DNA of 64,000 bases, taken from positions 24,493 through 88,492 of IMG/VR virus record IMGVR_UViG_2721755344_000003; one strand, 5' to 3'. The position numbers and the translations under genes are program-made. Below are positions 25,581 through 39,100 of this stretch, one piece after another. This DNA comes from a virus. Lineage: Duplodnaviria > Caudoviricetes. Numbering within the stretch: the stretch's first letter is position 1; the number at the start of each line of letters is the position of its first letter. The notes under the pieces were generated by a model. It did not search any database and was not told the DNA's origin. It worked only from the letters and a program-made list of their open reading frames with translations.

Positions 25581-26472
25581 GATTGAGATCAAAGAACCAA
25601 TATGGTATAATAGAAGTGTAGGGTTAAATACCCTGGCAATGGATGACAAGGATTCCATTGACGTAACTATATCCTATAGAAACAAAGAAGAAAAACTTCT
25701 TTATCCTGGTACATTCCGTATTCCCGTTGCTATTGTACGTACATTTGAAAGAGCCACAGTAAAAGGTACACCTATAGGATTAAATATCGTTCCTATCGTT
25801 GCATTGGAGAATTATCTTCTTAAAGATGATCTTGACTACATAGGCAAACAGAATATTCCTATAGAACAAACCTTATTCAAAGAAAGCGAAATAAAGCCAC
25901 CAGACGAATTGTCTGGCATAGATGAATATCTACTTAAGATAAACAATATCGCTTCTCCTGCCTTCTCTGGTACATTTAGGGATATAAGAATCGTGCTCCG
26001 TGGAGAACCACTTGCAAAACAATCTACCAGGTTCTTCGTCAAAAGAGATAAACAGGGAAACGTATTTACTTACAAGGATCCTGCCGGAAGAACACAAGTC
26101 ATAGTAGATACTTATACTGATAGTGATGTAAGCAAGAAACAGAAGGAATGGAGATCACAGATCGAACAACAACTAATAACCAATTATCCCGGGTGGATAC
26201 CATTCTCAGAAGAAGTTCATATCACTAAATTTGAATGTATTTTCAAGATGCCTAAAAACTTTCCAAAACATAAGATCCATCAATTAGAAAATAGAACTGC
26301 AATATTCTATAAGAATACTAAACCGGATCTTCCGGATAATCTTAAGAAGATACCATTTGATGCTATGAATGGACTTGTATTCGTTGATGATAATATCGTA
26401 GTATCTGAAAATGGTGTACTTAAAAGATATGGTATACGTCCTGGAATAATAATCGAAATGAAAGGAAAATAA
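25570..26472 (+). CDS. rusA: RusA-like Holliday junction resolvase with N-terminal extension
   Basis: C-terminal GEPLAKQSTR ... KPDLPDNLKK..FDAMNG..FVDDNIVV. Confidence 0.8.
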   Translation: MIHEIEIKEPIWYNRSVGLNTLAMDDKDSIDVTISYRNKEEKLLYPGTFRIPVAIVRTFERATVKGTPIGLNIVPIVALENYLLKDDLDYIGKQNIPIEQTLFKESEIKPPDELSGIDEYLLKINNIASPAFSGTFRDIRIVLRGEPLAKQSTRFFVKRDKQGNVFTYKDPAGRTQVIVDTYTDSDVSKKQKEWRSQIEQQLITNYPGWIPFSEEVHITKFECIFKMPKNFPKHKIHQLENRTAIFYKNTKPDLPDNLKKIPFDAMNGLVFVDDNIVVSENGVLKRYGIRPGIIIEMKGK

Positions 26473-26520
26473 AATGTCCCTGACGTTCTTTTTCGTTTCA
26501 CAATGGTTAGTTAATAATGT

Positions 26521-26552
26521 ATACAGGGATATCAGGGACTTCCCTGTATTTT
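26521..26552 (+). terminator. Rho-independent terminator
   Basis: ATACAGGGA / TCCCTGTAT stem followed by TTT. Confidence 0.7.
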
Positions 26553-26572
26553 AATTTAAAACAAAATAAATA

Positions 26573-26854
26573 ATGATACGAATAATAAATAATCATAAGG
26601 ATATAGACTGCAGAATAGTAACATCCGGTTGTCCTTATCTTAATATAGGATCCCAAACAATGACAGAGAGAATAAAGGTTATTACCTGTCTGGCATTGAA
26701 TATAATTCTACCATTTAAACAAAAGAGAGTACATGGATGTATCAATACAGAAATAGAGATTATAGAAACTCCATGGGAATGTCCTATACTCGAACAAAGA
26801 AGGAAAGAAGGAACAGAACCCAAAGTGATGATGTCTATTATACCAATAAAATGA
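26573..26854 (+). CDS. Hypothetical protein with Cys residues
   Basis: 93 aa; AT-rich leader. Confidence 0.6.
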   Translation: MIRIINNHKDIDCRIVTSGCPYLNIGSQTMTERIKVITCLALNIILPFKQKRVHGCINTEIEIIETPWECPILEQRRKEGTEPKVMMSIIPIK

Positions 26855-27096
26855 CATTCTATTCTTCATTACCACCTAATACACGCCTTGGAAAGATCTC
26901 AGACTTCATAGAAATAGGTCCGGACTATCCTAACTACTACAAAGTAAAAATAGGAATGAAATATATTCTATTCTCACCAGAACGTCCTGACGGAACAAAA
27001 GAAGACAGATGGTATGAACAAGAAATTACAGAAGTAACCACCTCAGATAATCTAGATCCCTGGATTAAAGAAGGAAGGTTATTTGTGTTTGTTTGA
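26851..27096 (+). CDS. Hypothetical protein (last plus-strand gene)
   Basis: ATG at 26851 gives an ATGA overlap with the previous stop; 81 aa. Confidence 0.65.
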   Translation: MTFYSSLPPNTRLGKISDFIEIGPDYPNYYKVKIGMKYILFSPERPDGTKEDRWYEQEITEVTTSDNLDPWIKEGRLFVFV

Positions 27097-27109
27097 TTGC
27101 CGTGATGAC

Positions 27110-27142
27110 AAAGGGGGAAAGTGCCATGAGCATCCCCCTTTT
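27110..27142. terminator. Probable bidirectional terminator between the convergent arms
   Basis: AAAGGGGGA / TCCCCCTTT stem between the stops at 27096 and 27162. Confidence 0.8.
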
Positions 27143-27161
27143 ACCATTTAGATTATTCATT

Positions 27162-30100
27162 CTAATCAATGGAATCTCTTATACGTTGTATAAACCTTAC
27201 GTCTCTTACCGGTCCTATATTACCTATATCGGAAACATTAGTCAAATTAGCTAACCTTATTATAGCACCAACAATAGGAATAGGATTCTGAAGAAAATCT
27301 TCCGCAGTAAAAGCAATGATAATGTCTCTCTTTATCCAGGCAAATTGTTGTTCCAGTTTATCATTATCCCATGATTTAAATAACCCTACTATCATACTAA
27401 ATATTGCAAGAGTAACAGCAGACTTCATAAGATTAAGTTTTCTGGAGAACGATTGTTGATTCCACCATTCCGGGAAATTCTGTTTTTTAAGATTAGTAAG
27501 TGCTTTCATTGTGGCATGAATACTCTGCCATGCTCCTTCTAATGTTAACATATCTTTCTGTGCAATCCATTCTCCTGTATCATCCTGTATTGCCTTATAA
27601 CCTACTCCATATTCTACCTGACGTGTTTTAGCAAACAATCCCATATTAAATAACCTGGGAAATGAGAACATTCTAAATACACTTATCATTGATCCTAACC
27701 ATGTCATAGATGCTAACGGTTTATCTATTTCAGTAAAACCACCAACAATATATTTATCTGCATACCACTTAAGTGTTTTATTAGATAACGTAAAATCATG
27801 TCCCATAGGTTTATTAACACCTTCTTTGACAAGATTATTTTTTATATGTTGAAGTATAGCATATTCTCCATGTTCGGTTTTCTTAATACCATCTTTGGTA
27901 TAGAATCTAAGATCCTTGATCTCATTGTAAGTTATCTTGCCAGACTTATTATCATAACTATAAGCATCGTAACTTCCTTCCATCAACATCCACGACACCA
28001 TGCCTATCATGCGTGCCTTATAATCTGTCATTCTATTACCAAAATGTCCCATTTGTTCTGTCACTAAATTTTTAGCTGTGGGATTGACAGTAATATTATC
28101 TATGAAATCTCTCTCTGTACTTTCTATTAATTGGAGATCAAGGGCAAGTCTGCGTACTTTCTGTAAATCTTTCATAAAAATCAGATGAGCTTTAAAATTA
28201 TCAGCAGGACTTGGCAGATATCTTTTTTCTTCTTCAGATGTTATATTCACAAGGCCGGTGCCCAATGCTGTCATAACACTCTGAAGCGTATTAAATATTT
28301 CACTTTTTAATGCAATGACAGGACGAAATCCAAGCATTCCCAATGTAAATCCACGATTAACAGATCTCATTACAGAGGTAACATCAAACTTATGACCAAA
28401 TAACTCTATCTGTGCAGGTTCGTCTGCAGTCTTACGAAAAGCTAAACGTTGAGTATATAAATCTAAAAACTTCTTAGTATTCTTTAATGAATCATCTCTG
28501 CCAATAATCCATTCCATATAACTAAGCATTGCCTGGGCATTGTTATAAGCAGGAAGAAATTGTGTCTCATAAACTTCTTTACGTATACCAGCTAACATAA
28601 AATATATCATTGTATCAACAAGATTGGTACTCATAATATCATTATCATATTCACTCTTGACTTTAACCTTACCATTGATATCACGATATAACCCTGCAGA
28701 ACCAAGTCTATTTTCTTCTCTTAACTGATTATGAAGAGAATTACCAAGCTGATCAAGATTATCATTCCTTCCTAACTCATCAGTAAATAGATTCTCGTAA
28801 TTAGCCATATGAAGTCCCAATTTCTTCCATGCCTCACTGATATTCTTTTTCTTCAGACTGAGCATAAGTTCATTAATACTTTTTGTTATTACCGGAATAT
28901 CTCCTCTCGTATATTGAGCATAGAATTGTTTCTCAGCATCTTTCCTTTCTACTTTATATTCTCCCTTTGCTCCTATATTAAATGAACTTTGCTTCATCTG
29001 ATGAAAGATATTATCTATCCATCTTTCTTCAAGTTTATCAAGTAATAGATTGGCAAACTCAATATCAGTATCAGTAATCCTTCTTATTGGATCTGCTATG
29101 TTATATAAAGCTTGTGTCTCTTTATCTTTAAGACTCCAATGTATCTTAGGAAGTTTAACTTCTATTTCTTCACCTTTCTGATTAGTTAATTTCTCTCTCT
29201 TATACAAATGTTCAAAATACTTCGATCCCATATCACGTACTCTTGATGTAATTCTATCAGCAGGAAAACTCTGAAAATATTGTTCTATAATCTTTTCAGT
29301 AATAGGAAAGAATATATGATCAAACTGACGTATTTTCTCAAGAGTTATATTCTTAGCAAGTTCCCCATTCTGATTACTGTATTGTAAAACTTCATTATGA
29401 ACATCAAAAGGATTAACAATCCATTTTTCAAGATTCTTCATATCACGAATCTCATTGACAAATCCTAGACGACCAGTTTCCAATTCACGTATAGCAAATG
29501 CTATCATCTGTGCTTCATATCGATTCGCTGCCTTATCCCAACCTTTACCAAAATGTTGTTCAACATCAGATTGCATCTTTTTAAGCATACGAATCTGATC
29601 TGCATTACTTGTACTTGGATCAATAAACGCTTCATACTGGATCTTTGCATTGCCAGATAATACTCCACCCTCTTCATCTTTTATATCTCTGAGATAAGTA
29701 ATAACCCTAGTTACCCATGATTGAATATAATTCATATCATAAAGTGTATCATCAGTCAACACTTCTTTGATAACCGGATTTTCTATCACATTCATAAACG
29801 AAGGAACTTTCTTAAGAACTTCTATATTCCGAATAAGTTTATTCAAATCGACAACCAGATGAGATTCTACACCTCCATATGTTACTCTTATACTACCAAG
29901 ATTACGAAATCTTACTTTATTATCAGTACTTTTTCTCATACTCATTGCCGACATACCTATAAAAATATTGTGTATATCAGCATCACTATTCCCCATATCT
30001 CCACCCATATTTGTAAAATCTGCAGCACCCTGGATAGTACTGGTAAGATGACTACCTTCCAGAAATAATCTTCTCCTAGAAAGAGATTTAGTTGTTATAT

Positions 30101-33100
30101 CAAGAATACTTACGTCTGCAGTTCCATCACTTTCAATATCATGAACAATAATATATGGATCATAACCAGTGAATGCGGGATTATATAAACCAGCCAGATA
30201 CTTGTTCTTATGATTCTTAAGTTTTGAATACTTTATTATCTCAACAACAGTATCATAACCACCTATATAATGAATAAGATCCTTTAATACTTTATAATTA
30301 TATTTACCCTGAAACGCTTCCTTTCCTGCACTGACAACACTATGACCTTCCTTGAATAAAGTAATGAATCTTTCCAATTGTGTTGGTAAGTTCTCTTCTT
30401 CTTTATTCATGGCGGGAACAATAGAATTCCTTATAAAAGCCTTTAATGATTCATCACTTATCGTATCATCATAAGAAAATGTTTGTGATCCCACCTGGTA
30501 AATTAATTTACCACCACTTGTTCTACCACGCATAGTATTTGATATACCATTGATAAGATGTTCTTCAGACAATTGATCCATAGATACCTGATCGGTGGTA
30601 TTATTATTAAGATAAGAAGCAAAATCTTTTATATCATTAACAGGATTATGAACAGGTATATTAGCATCAGATGCCTTCCCATTCTGACCATAGGCAGCAA
30701 GATAGATAGATCTATTTACATCATCATTGAAATCCAGAATTTTATTACCTGCAACAAAATCATCAGCCAAAGCAGTAAATAAATCCCCAAGAGTAGCATT
30801 TGCAAAGTCAAGTTGATCTATATTACTTGCAGGCTTTTTCACAATAGGTGTAACAATACCAAATATATTCTGAAAAAATCCTTTTACAGTTTCAACAATC
30901 TCACGTATCAATCCTTTGAAATAATTCCATAATTGTAATGCTACATTATAACCACCAACATTATTATTTATAACCCATGATTTTACTTTCTGGAATGTAT
31001 AAAATCCACCAACTATTGATAACATCTCATTCCTTAACTTCTCTTCATTCAATACTCTTCCATGTTCAAGATAGATTCTGCGTATGGCATTGGAAAAATC
31101 TTTATTTAATTCCATATATCTACCTATAGCATCATGCATTCTTACATATAATTCAGGATTGCGAATCTTAATAATCCTATTCCAGATATGTTGAAGTTCA
31201 TGTAATCCCGTATCATAAGCCATCCTGTCAGTGTTGATATGTATTCCCTTGTTATCTATCCAAGCATTATGATTTTTATATCCCTGTTGTTCAGAGGTAA
31301 GATCAGTTTCTTTTATAATATCCAATCCTGGAACAACAAGTCCTAGTCTGTCAATAACTGCAGTTGTTGCCCTGGCATCAACCTGACGTGCCTCTAATGC
31401 TTTAAATATATCGATACTAAGATCCATATCGTTTATATCATCATTCTTCTTATCAAGAATTGCAGGATCTTTTTTTATCTGTACCTTTTCATATGGTGCT
31501 AATACTTCAATGAGAAACTTTTCTATTTTTTTACCTATACCTGGTGAAACGCTCTCACTATTGGCAGCGACATTTAAAATCTTAATATTATTATCAACTA
31601 TCCATTTTCTGAAAGTTTTTAAATCGGTAGTTGTAGTAGATGGTTTGATATATTTCTTAATAAGATTACGTGTTAATGCCACTCTTGATTCTTTCTCATC
31701 TTCGATCCATAGGAATGTACCATCAGCCATTCTTACATTAAGATCTATACTTTCCTTATATGACTGAATAAGATCTTTAGTTTTATTTGGTTCAAGACCA
31801 AACTCTTTTAATTCCTTATCACTTCCACTTTCATTTTTATACCTGTATGCAGTTGCACCACCAGTAGGTATACCAAGAATACGTGCAGCATATAAAGCAT
31901 TTTTCTCTCCTAATTGACCACTACTATTTATTTGAGTAATACCAAGATATCTTTCTCCTTCCTTCTCTCCCCTCTTCTTCATCTTTTCACGATAAACAAG
32001 ATCCATCATCGCCTGTTGTTCACGTTCTTTTTTATACAATGGATCATCGCTCTTTACGAATGTAACAGATGTTGGTGTAACATCCTTAGCTTTTACCACC
32101 TCTCCTGTCTCAGTAATATATTCAGATCCTTCCTTATATCCATGACCACGAAAATATTCTTTTACAACCTTACCTGGTTTATCTGCTATCTTACGTATCT
32201 CATCAAGTTCTTTAGCTGTAAGATTACGTAATAGTTCCTGGGATATTGTTGTCATCTTTATTCCACTATCAAAACCACCACGATTTATTGTAGGATTAAC
32301 AAACTGAAATGCATCCAATTCATTACTCCAACGTTTATTACTTCTAACCCAATATAATCCTGCTATCTGTCGTCTTGAAGTTACTACATCTGGCATTTTC
32401 TTTTTCTTCTCTATCACATCACTCCTTCTTATTGTCCTTGCCATCCCGGGACGTGTCTCAACATATTCCTTGAAGTTCTTACCTACATCATCCATAACTG
32501 CCTGTAAAAACTCCTTATGTTTAAGCATATTCTTAAATTCTTCCATGCTATCACTTAACCCTTTATTCCCAAAATACATCATTGTACCCATAATATCACT
32601 GATAGTTCCCTTCTTCCACCTCATAAATGTTGCCATAAGATTATTTGCACCGAACATTTCCTGTAATCTTTTTGGTAACATTTTAAAGTCATTAGATAAG
32701 TTTGCTATATCATTATCAGACAGTCCGAAATTATCTCTTAATCCAAAAAATTCTTGTCCTGTTCTTCCTATTAATTGTAACCTATTTAAAAATCCACTAT
32801 TCTTTATAGCATTTATATCTTCTTTAGTAAATCCACCAATATCTTTTATATCTTCCCAATAGACATCATAATCTGACTTTTCAAGTTTGGATATATTAAT
32901 AATATGTTCCATAAAATATGGAAACTGAAGTAGGTACATAGCACGATCATAACCACTGGATATATTCAACTTATTCGTAGTTGTACTTTTCTTATGCCAG
33001 TGACCATCATAATATTCAGGATAAGACAGATCAAACCTATCTTCAGAATATTTACTCTTCCAATGAAAATCAAGTATCTCTTCAGTTATGGCAGTAAAAA

Positions 33101-36100
33101 ATCCATAGTATATCTTCTTTGACCCCCAATTTGATCTATTCTGTCCATGTAAGAAATTCATTCCCCATTTATAAAATTCAGGATCATTCAAAAGAAATGT
33201 CTTCATATTTTGTTCAAACTCCTCGGCATGTTCACGATAATATTCATTGAACTGAGGAAGATTTCTCAATATTTCAGTTATATTAATCTGACTTGCTATA
33301 TCCGATTCGTTTTTGAACAACCGGTTTTTCTCTGCATCAATATCTTTTCTTAATGGATGAGTAAGATCATTATCAAAGAAACTATAGTCATCACTATTGG
33401 AGGCATAATAAGTCATGTGAGAATCAAGAGTCCATTCTTTAGGTGGAATATTTCGATCGCCAAAGAAATCTTTATATGTCATACCAGTATATCTCTGAGC
33501 ATTGAATGTAAACATCTCATTCTCAAAATCCAGGGCAATAATACCATTACGAAGACCAATAAACGTACCGAGTCTCCTTAATGCCTCTGCTTTAACTGCA
33601 ATAGATTTAAGTTCCTTAAGTTTACTATAATTATCATTTGACTCAAGTGTATCTTCTAACTTATTTCTTAAAGAAATCTTATCTTCTATCTGATCTACAA
33701 GTAAAGGATTATCTTTCCACTTAGGAGTATCCACTTTAATTTTCTTAATCTCTTTATTATAATCATCAATTGCTTTAATAGTTTCTTCTATCTCTTTCTT
33801 TTCAAGTGGTTGATATAATTTAATATCTTTATCGATCACATCTAATAGTAAGTGATCCCTCATACTTTCACTTGCAGATTCTCCAGCTTCAACATCATAA
33901 AATACATTTCTTATTGCCGGATGAAAAAAGAATTTTCTTATATCATCCACTGTCTTTCCTTCAGTGATAAGAACAGGAAGTAATGGAACAGCAGATAAAC
34001 TTATACCGAATCTTCCCAGGATAAGTTTTTTAACATTATCCAAGGCAGCAACAAGCCAGTCACCTTCTTTAGACAATATAGATTCCTTTCCTGCAACATC
34101 CAGATTCTGAAACATTTTAAGGAATCCTGGTGCAAGTGAAAATCCGGCAGGACCAAGTTGTGCCATATAAGCTATAGTACTCATACTTCTAGCTAATATA
34201 CCTATAGCTTTTTTACCACTACGTGAGATATTATACATCTCAAGATGATTAGCATAAGAATTCCAACGCATAAACCGTGGATCTCTTGGTATCTTATCAG
34301 CTTCTTCTTCAAGATTATTTATCTCAGAAGTGATAAATATATTCTCTGAATTTATCTTATCAAGATAAATTGTCCTTAACTGATCAAGAATAGCATTTTG
34401 TATACCACCAGCATTATCACTCCTGTCAACAAGATTATTCTCATCCAAAGCATAGAAATAAACACTTCTTTGGTCAATATCGAAGTCAGTATCATCATAT
34501 ACTGTCTGTTCACTTGGGATATATGTATTATTGCCATTATCATTGACAAAGAATGTTATATCTCCTAGGAATGCACTTTGTAATCCATGTGAAGGTATAC
34601 GTGTAGATATAGCACTAAGAGTATTCTCAACATTGTCTATCCAACTTATTATATTGTTAAGATCAACAGTAACTTCTGTATCTGGTTTAAATATTCCTTC
34701 AAGTTCACGAAACTGACGTACCATCGGTGTAGCATTAAAATCTGTTTTCGGAAGATTCTCAGCTATAGTATTCATCCTGGCACTCCTATCCATCTTGCGT
34801 ATATTAATACGTAATCCATCATTAAGAATAATAGTAAATAAATCATTCACACTCTCTGAAGGTTTTACACCAAATCTTGTCATATATGAAAATGGCATAA
34901 CCATCTCGCCAGGAGTTGTACCATCCTCACCTTTTCTCATACCATGTAGTTTTCTACGTGTATATCCTTTAGATAATACCTGACTAATATTCTCCCGGGT
35001 AATTTCCATCTTAAGATCTCTCTCAACTTCTTTAAGAGAATAAGGAATACCATCTTTTTCAAATACATCAAAATAATCTGCCGTTACCTGATTTGCTCTA
35101 AGACCACTGAAGAATGGTTTAATAGCTTTTCTGGTTATAAGACTACGGTAAGCCTGTAATAATTTCTGACGAAGAGGTGGAATTCCTACAGAGATCTGTT
35201 CATTAAGGACAAGTTCTGCATAGTTTCCTATCTGCCCCATCTCATTTAAAGCATCCATTCCTACACCACGTAAATATTTCTCATATTGTGCAATCCTACG
35301 ATCTTCACCTTTCAATCCTGGTTCAACAATCTCTTCCGATATCTTATCATCTATCTCTCTTTTTGCATTAATAAATAATGTACGGAATAAACGATTTATC
35401 TCTTTCCCTGCTCTACGATTAACTTCATTGCCAACCCCTGCATAAGACATGATCTGAAGCATTGGCGTTACCCTGGATGGATCAAAGACATCCTGATAAG
35501 GATTTAATACCACTTTAATCTTATCGTTTCTTATATCATCAGAAAGAAGATCTAAACCCCTCTTCCCTTCCTTGATATTAAGAGGATCATAGATATCATT
35601 CCATGGATTATAAATATTAATTTTGGATATAGCACCTTTAACAGAAGATCTATTGGCTAATTTCCAAACAAGATTACTTTTGAACGAATCTCTCATCTCG
35701 TCATCATCAATATAATATTCTACGGTTTGACGTATGGCTTTAGCGAAATCATTCCTGCCAGTATAATCATAGAACATCTTCCATGTGGCAAATACATCTA
35801 TCTTTCTTCCTAACTCCTTAGACATTAACATACTGGTATGATCAACCATGGTCTTAAACATATCCCTCATAGGGATACCCATATTATATGTATCGCCAGT
35901 AATAAAATCTACAGCTTCTTTATGAAGAATCTTCTTACCACTTGTAAGATTAACATCATTATAAAGACTCTTAACATCTGTTTTATCTATCGGACCATAT
36001 TTGCCACCGAGACTTTGATAGAATAAATATTCCCATAAAGGATTACCAAGATTACCACCATCACTGAGCTTATAAATCTTTTTTAATTCCGGATTAACAT

Positions 36101-39100
36101 CTTCCAGATCCTTCACATAAATGACTTTCGATATCTTACTAAGACCATATTTAATATCAGTATCAAGAAAATTACCACCAGTATTAACAGGACCGGAATA
36201 TTTACTTTTATCTGTAGGACTCTTAAAATGACTCTGATCAGCAAAGACAAGTGGATCCATATTGTATTTTAAGATCTCTGAAGCAAAAAAGAATGCCCTG
36301 AAGAATGGATTATAACCCATTATTCTACCTTCTCTTAATCCAGTATTAGTTTTATAATACCAATCACTTTCTGAAGGAGATAATCCTTTCATCCATGATA
36401 AAGGTTTATACCTGGCATGAGATAATTTTGTAGCAAAATTCTTATACTCTTCATCAAAAATATTATTCAACATATTAAGATTCCATTCCTTCTGAATATT
36501 GCTCCAATTCTGTTTATTAAACACTGGATCATCAAACACCGGTGCCCTGCCAAGTTGCAATATATTACCTTTAACCTCATAATCAGTAATGTCTTCCAGT
36601 TCTCTTAATGCTCTTTCAATCAATTTAGGATCCTTTGTACTCCATTCTCTTGAAAAAGGTATATTCCTACCAAGAACCTTAGTTACTCTTGCCTGACTCA
36701 ACTGTGCAACCCTTGCTCTATGTTGAAACTCCTTATATACTGCATTAAGAATAAGATCTTCATTAATAGTCATTCCGGTTATCCTACCATTTTCATCCCT
36801 TGTGATATCTTCAATAAGATGTTTATGTCCAGTATTATCAAATGTAAATTCTGCAAGAAATATACGTCCAGTATCAGATATATTGCCCACATCAATTAAT
36901 AATTTTTCCGGCTGACCTAATCTGTTACGTTGAATACTATCAGCAAAAGCTGAGATAAGCATAGTATTAAGATCAGACTCATTGGGATCATCAGTAGCCT
37001 TGATCTGATCAATACTTGTATAATCTATAAGACGTATAATCTCTGCAGTACTCTTTGGATCCAGTAAAATATTATAGTATTCTTTGACACCATCTCTCAT
37101 CTGCACAAACTGACTTGTATTGATAACAGAAGGATCTGCAACAATATCTTTCTTTACTTGATCCTTTATCCATCTACTACCATGTGCAAATGTTTCTTTA
37201 AGTTCAGATGATAATTCGAAATTATATCTTATATGACCTACATAATCAGTTCCCCACCGATTCCAATCCTCTCCTCTGTGATAACTTTCACTTATACCAA
37301 GAGCAGTTAAAAAAGGATAAAAATCTACCGGAGTTGGTAATATCTCTTTATTGATAGTTCCTTCATCATCTTCCAGGTCCACAACCTTATTTATATCATC
37401 CAGATTTTCTTCACGTAGGTTAAATTTCTTAAGAAACCTATTCATATGATCCTGAAACGGTATCTTTTTCCTTGCTTCTTCCTTATACTTCTCTTCATTC
37501 TTATTAATCTTCTTATATTTTTTCTCCGCTTCTTCTTCGGTAAATTCTCCAAGTTCAAGTCTTCTGTCAATATCCAAAGTATCTGTTGCATACTTATCAT
37601 GAATACCTTTAAGATTCTCACTAAGTTTAATATTGGCATAAATACTATAGAACATATTAGCAAATCCTTCAGCGACAAGATCTGAAATAAATGTATCACT
37701 ACTAACATCAAGATTAGTTATTTTCTCAGCAAGTCTATCACGTACTGCAGGAACATTATTATCTATCATATTCAAGAATGCATCCTGACGCATATGAGAT
37801 AAACCAAGAAAACTTTTCATATGAAGTAACATCTCCTTACGACTTGTTTCTGGAAGATCAGCAAACATCCATTTCCCATTGCGATTTATTATTACCTGTG
37901 TTTCCTTATCACGTCCTACATAATAAATACCATCATCACGTATATCCCACACCTTTCCCTTATTCTCTTTATCACCAATAAGGGCATCATGAATCTCTTT
38001 AACTACAGATTGACTACCAGGATAAAATACCCTGCGTACTATATGAGTCTTAAATTCATTCTTTATAATTTCCTCAGTATTTTCTTCCTGTGTACGTAAA
38101 CTAATAAATCTATCCGGATCAAAACCGGTTATCCTTAGATCTGCTTGTGTACGTTTAATAAGAGATTTATTAAAATTTATAGTAGCAGTTATAAGATTAG
38201 CAATATCTATCCCTCTATCTTTTAAATTACCATCTTCCTCATTAAGATATCTATCAGATATTTCCTTCAATGATCCTATAGTCTTAGTGATCACTCCTTC
38301 ACCTTCAATAAATGGCATACCATAATACTTCTCTACAAAACTTAGAATATTATTCGATTTATAATTATTACTCTTTGCTCCTGATGCCAGATCAAGAAGT
38401 TCCTGGAAGAATGTATCAGTGAAATTTAAAGTAGGATCATTCTTTAAACGAGTTTTAGTTTTATCAGCAACTTCCTTAAGTGATCTACTTAAATCATTAA
38501 CATTGACAAATCGTTGTCCTTCACCAAATGGACTTATAGTATCAAAAGATTTTACTTTCTCAATCTCACCAGACTCTGTATGTCTGTATTCATTATATTC
38601 CGTAACTGTAAGTTGCCAATCAACAATATCATCCTTATACATTTCCGGATCAACCTTGTCATGATCAGTCTGTATACTATCCTGCCCCCATTTAACAAAT
38701 GCCTTACGATAAAAATTATATCCCGGGAATACACTCTGGATAAATGTTCTTATTGTTTTTTCATCTGACAATCTATAATAATAATATTGTTTTAAACTTT
38801 CATTGTCAAGACTTGGAAGATCATCCGGAGATATTGCACCAATAAGTTTATCAACATTTGTATTAACAACAGCTAATTGTCTGCGTCTGGTTGCCTTAAA
38901 TGCATTCTCTACAGCACTGATAGCATCATTAAGAGGAACAGGATTCTTACCAAGATTATTAAAATGACTCTTGCGATGAATATTATATGCTATCTGTCTA
39001 CGTATATCATGAACAGTTTCCGCCCTTCCAAACTCTCTGTATAATCCCTGATAATTATTATAATCGGAAACAGGACGATTCTTAATATTCTCTGTCAGAT

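Noticed and set aside
5246-26823. Numerous minus-strand ORFs opposite the early genes (e.g. 9966-10346, 16952-17404, 22474-23025)
   Set aside because: Shadows of well-supported plus-strand genes; F/I/L/S-rich reverse-complement composition
6389-26850. Track starts at 6389, 18420, 19882, 22802 and 26737
   Set aside because: These starts lie inside RNA elements, terminators or upstream genes; downstream ATGs (6461, 18477, 19921, 22847, 26851) fit better
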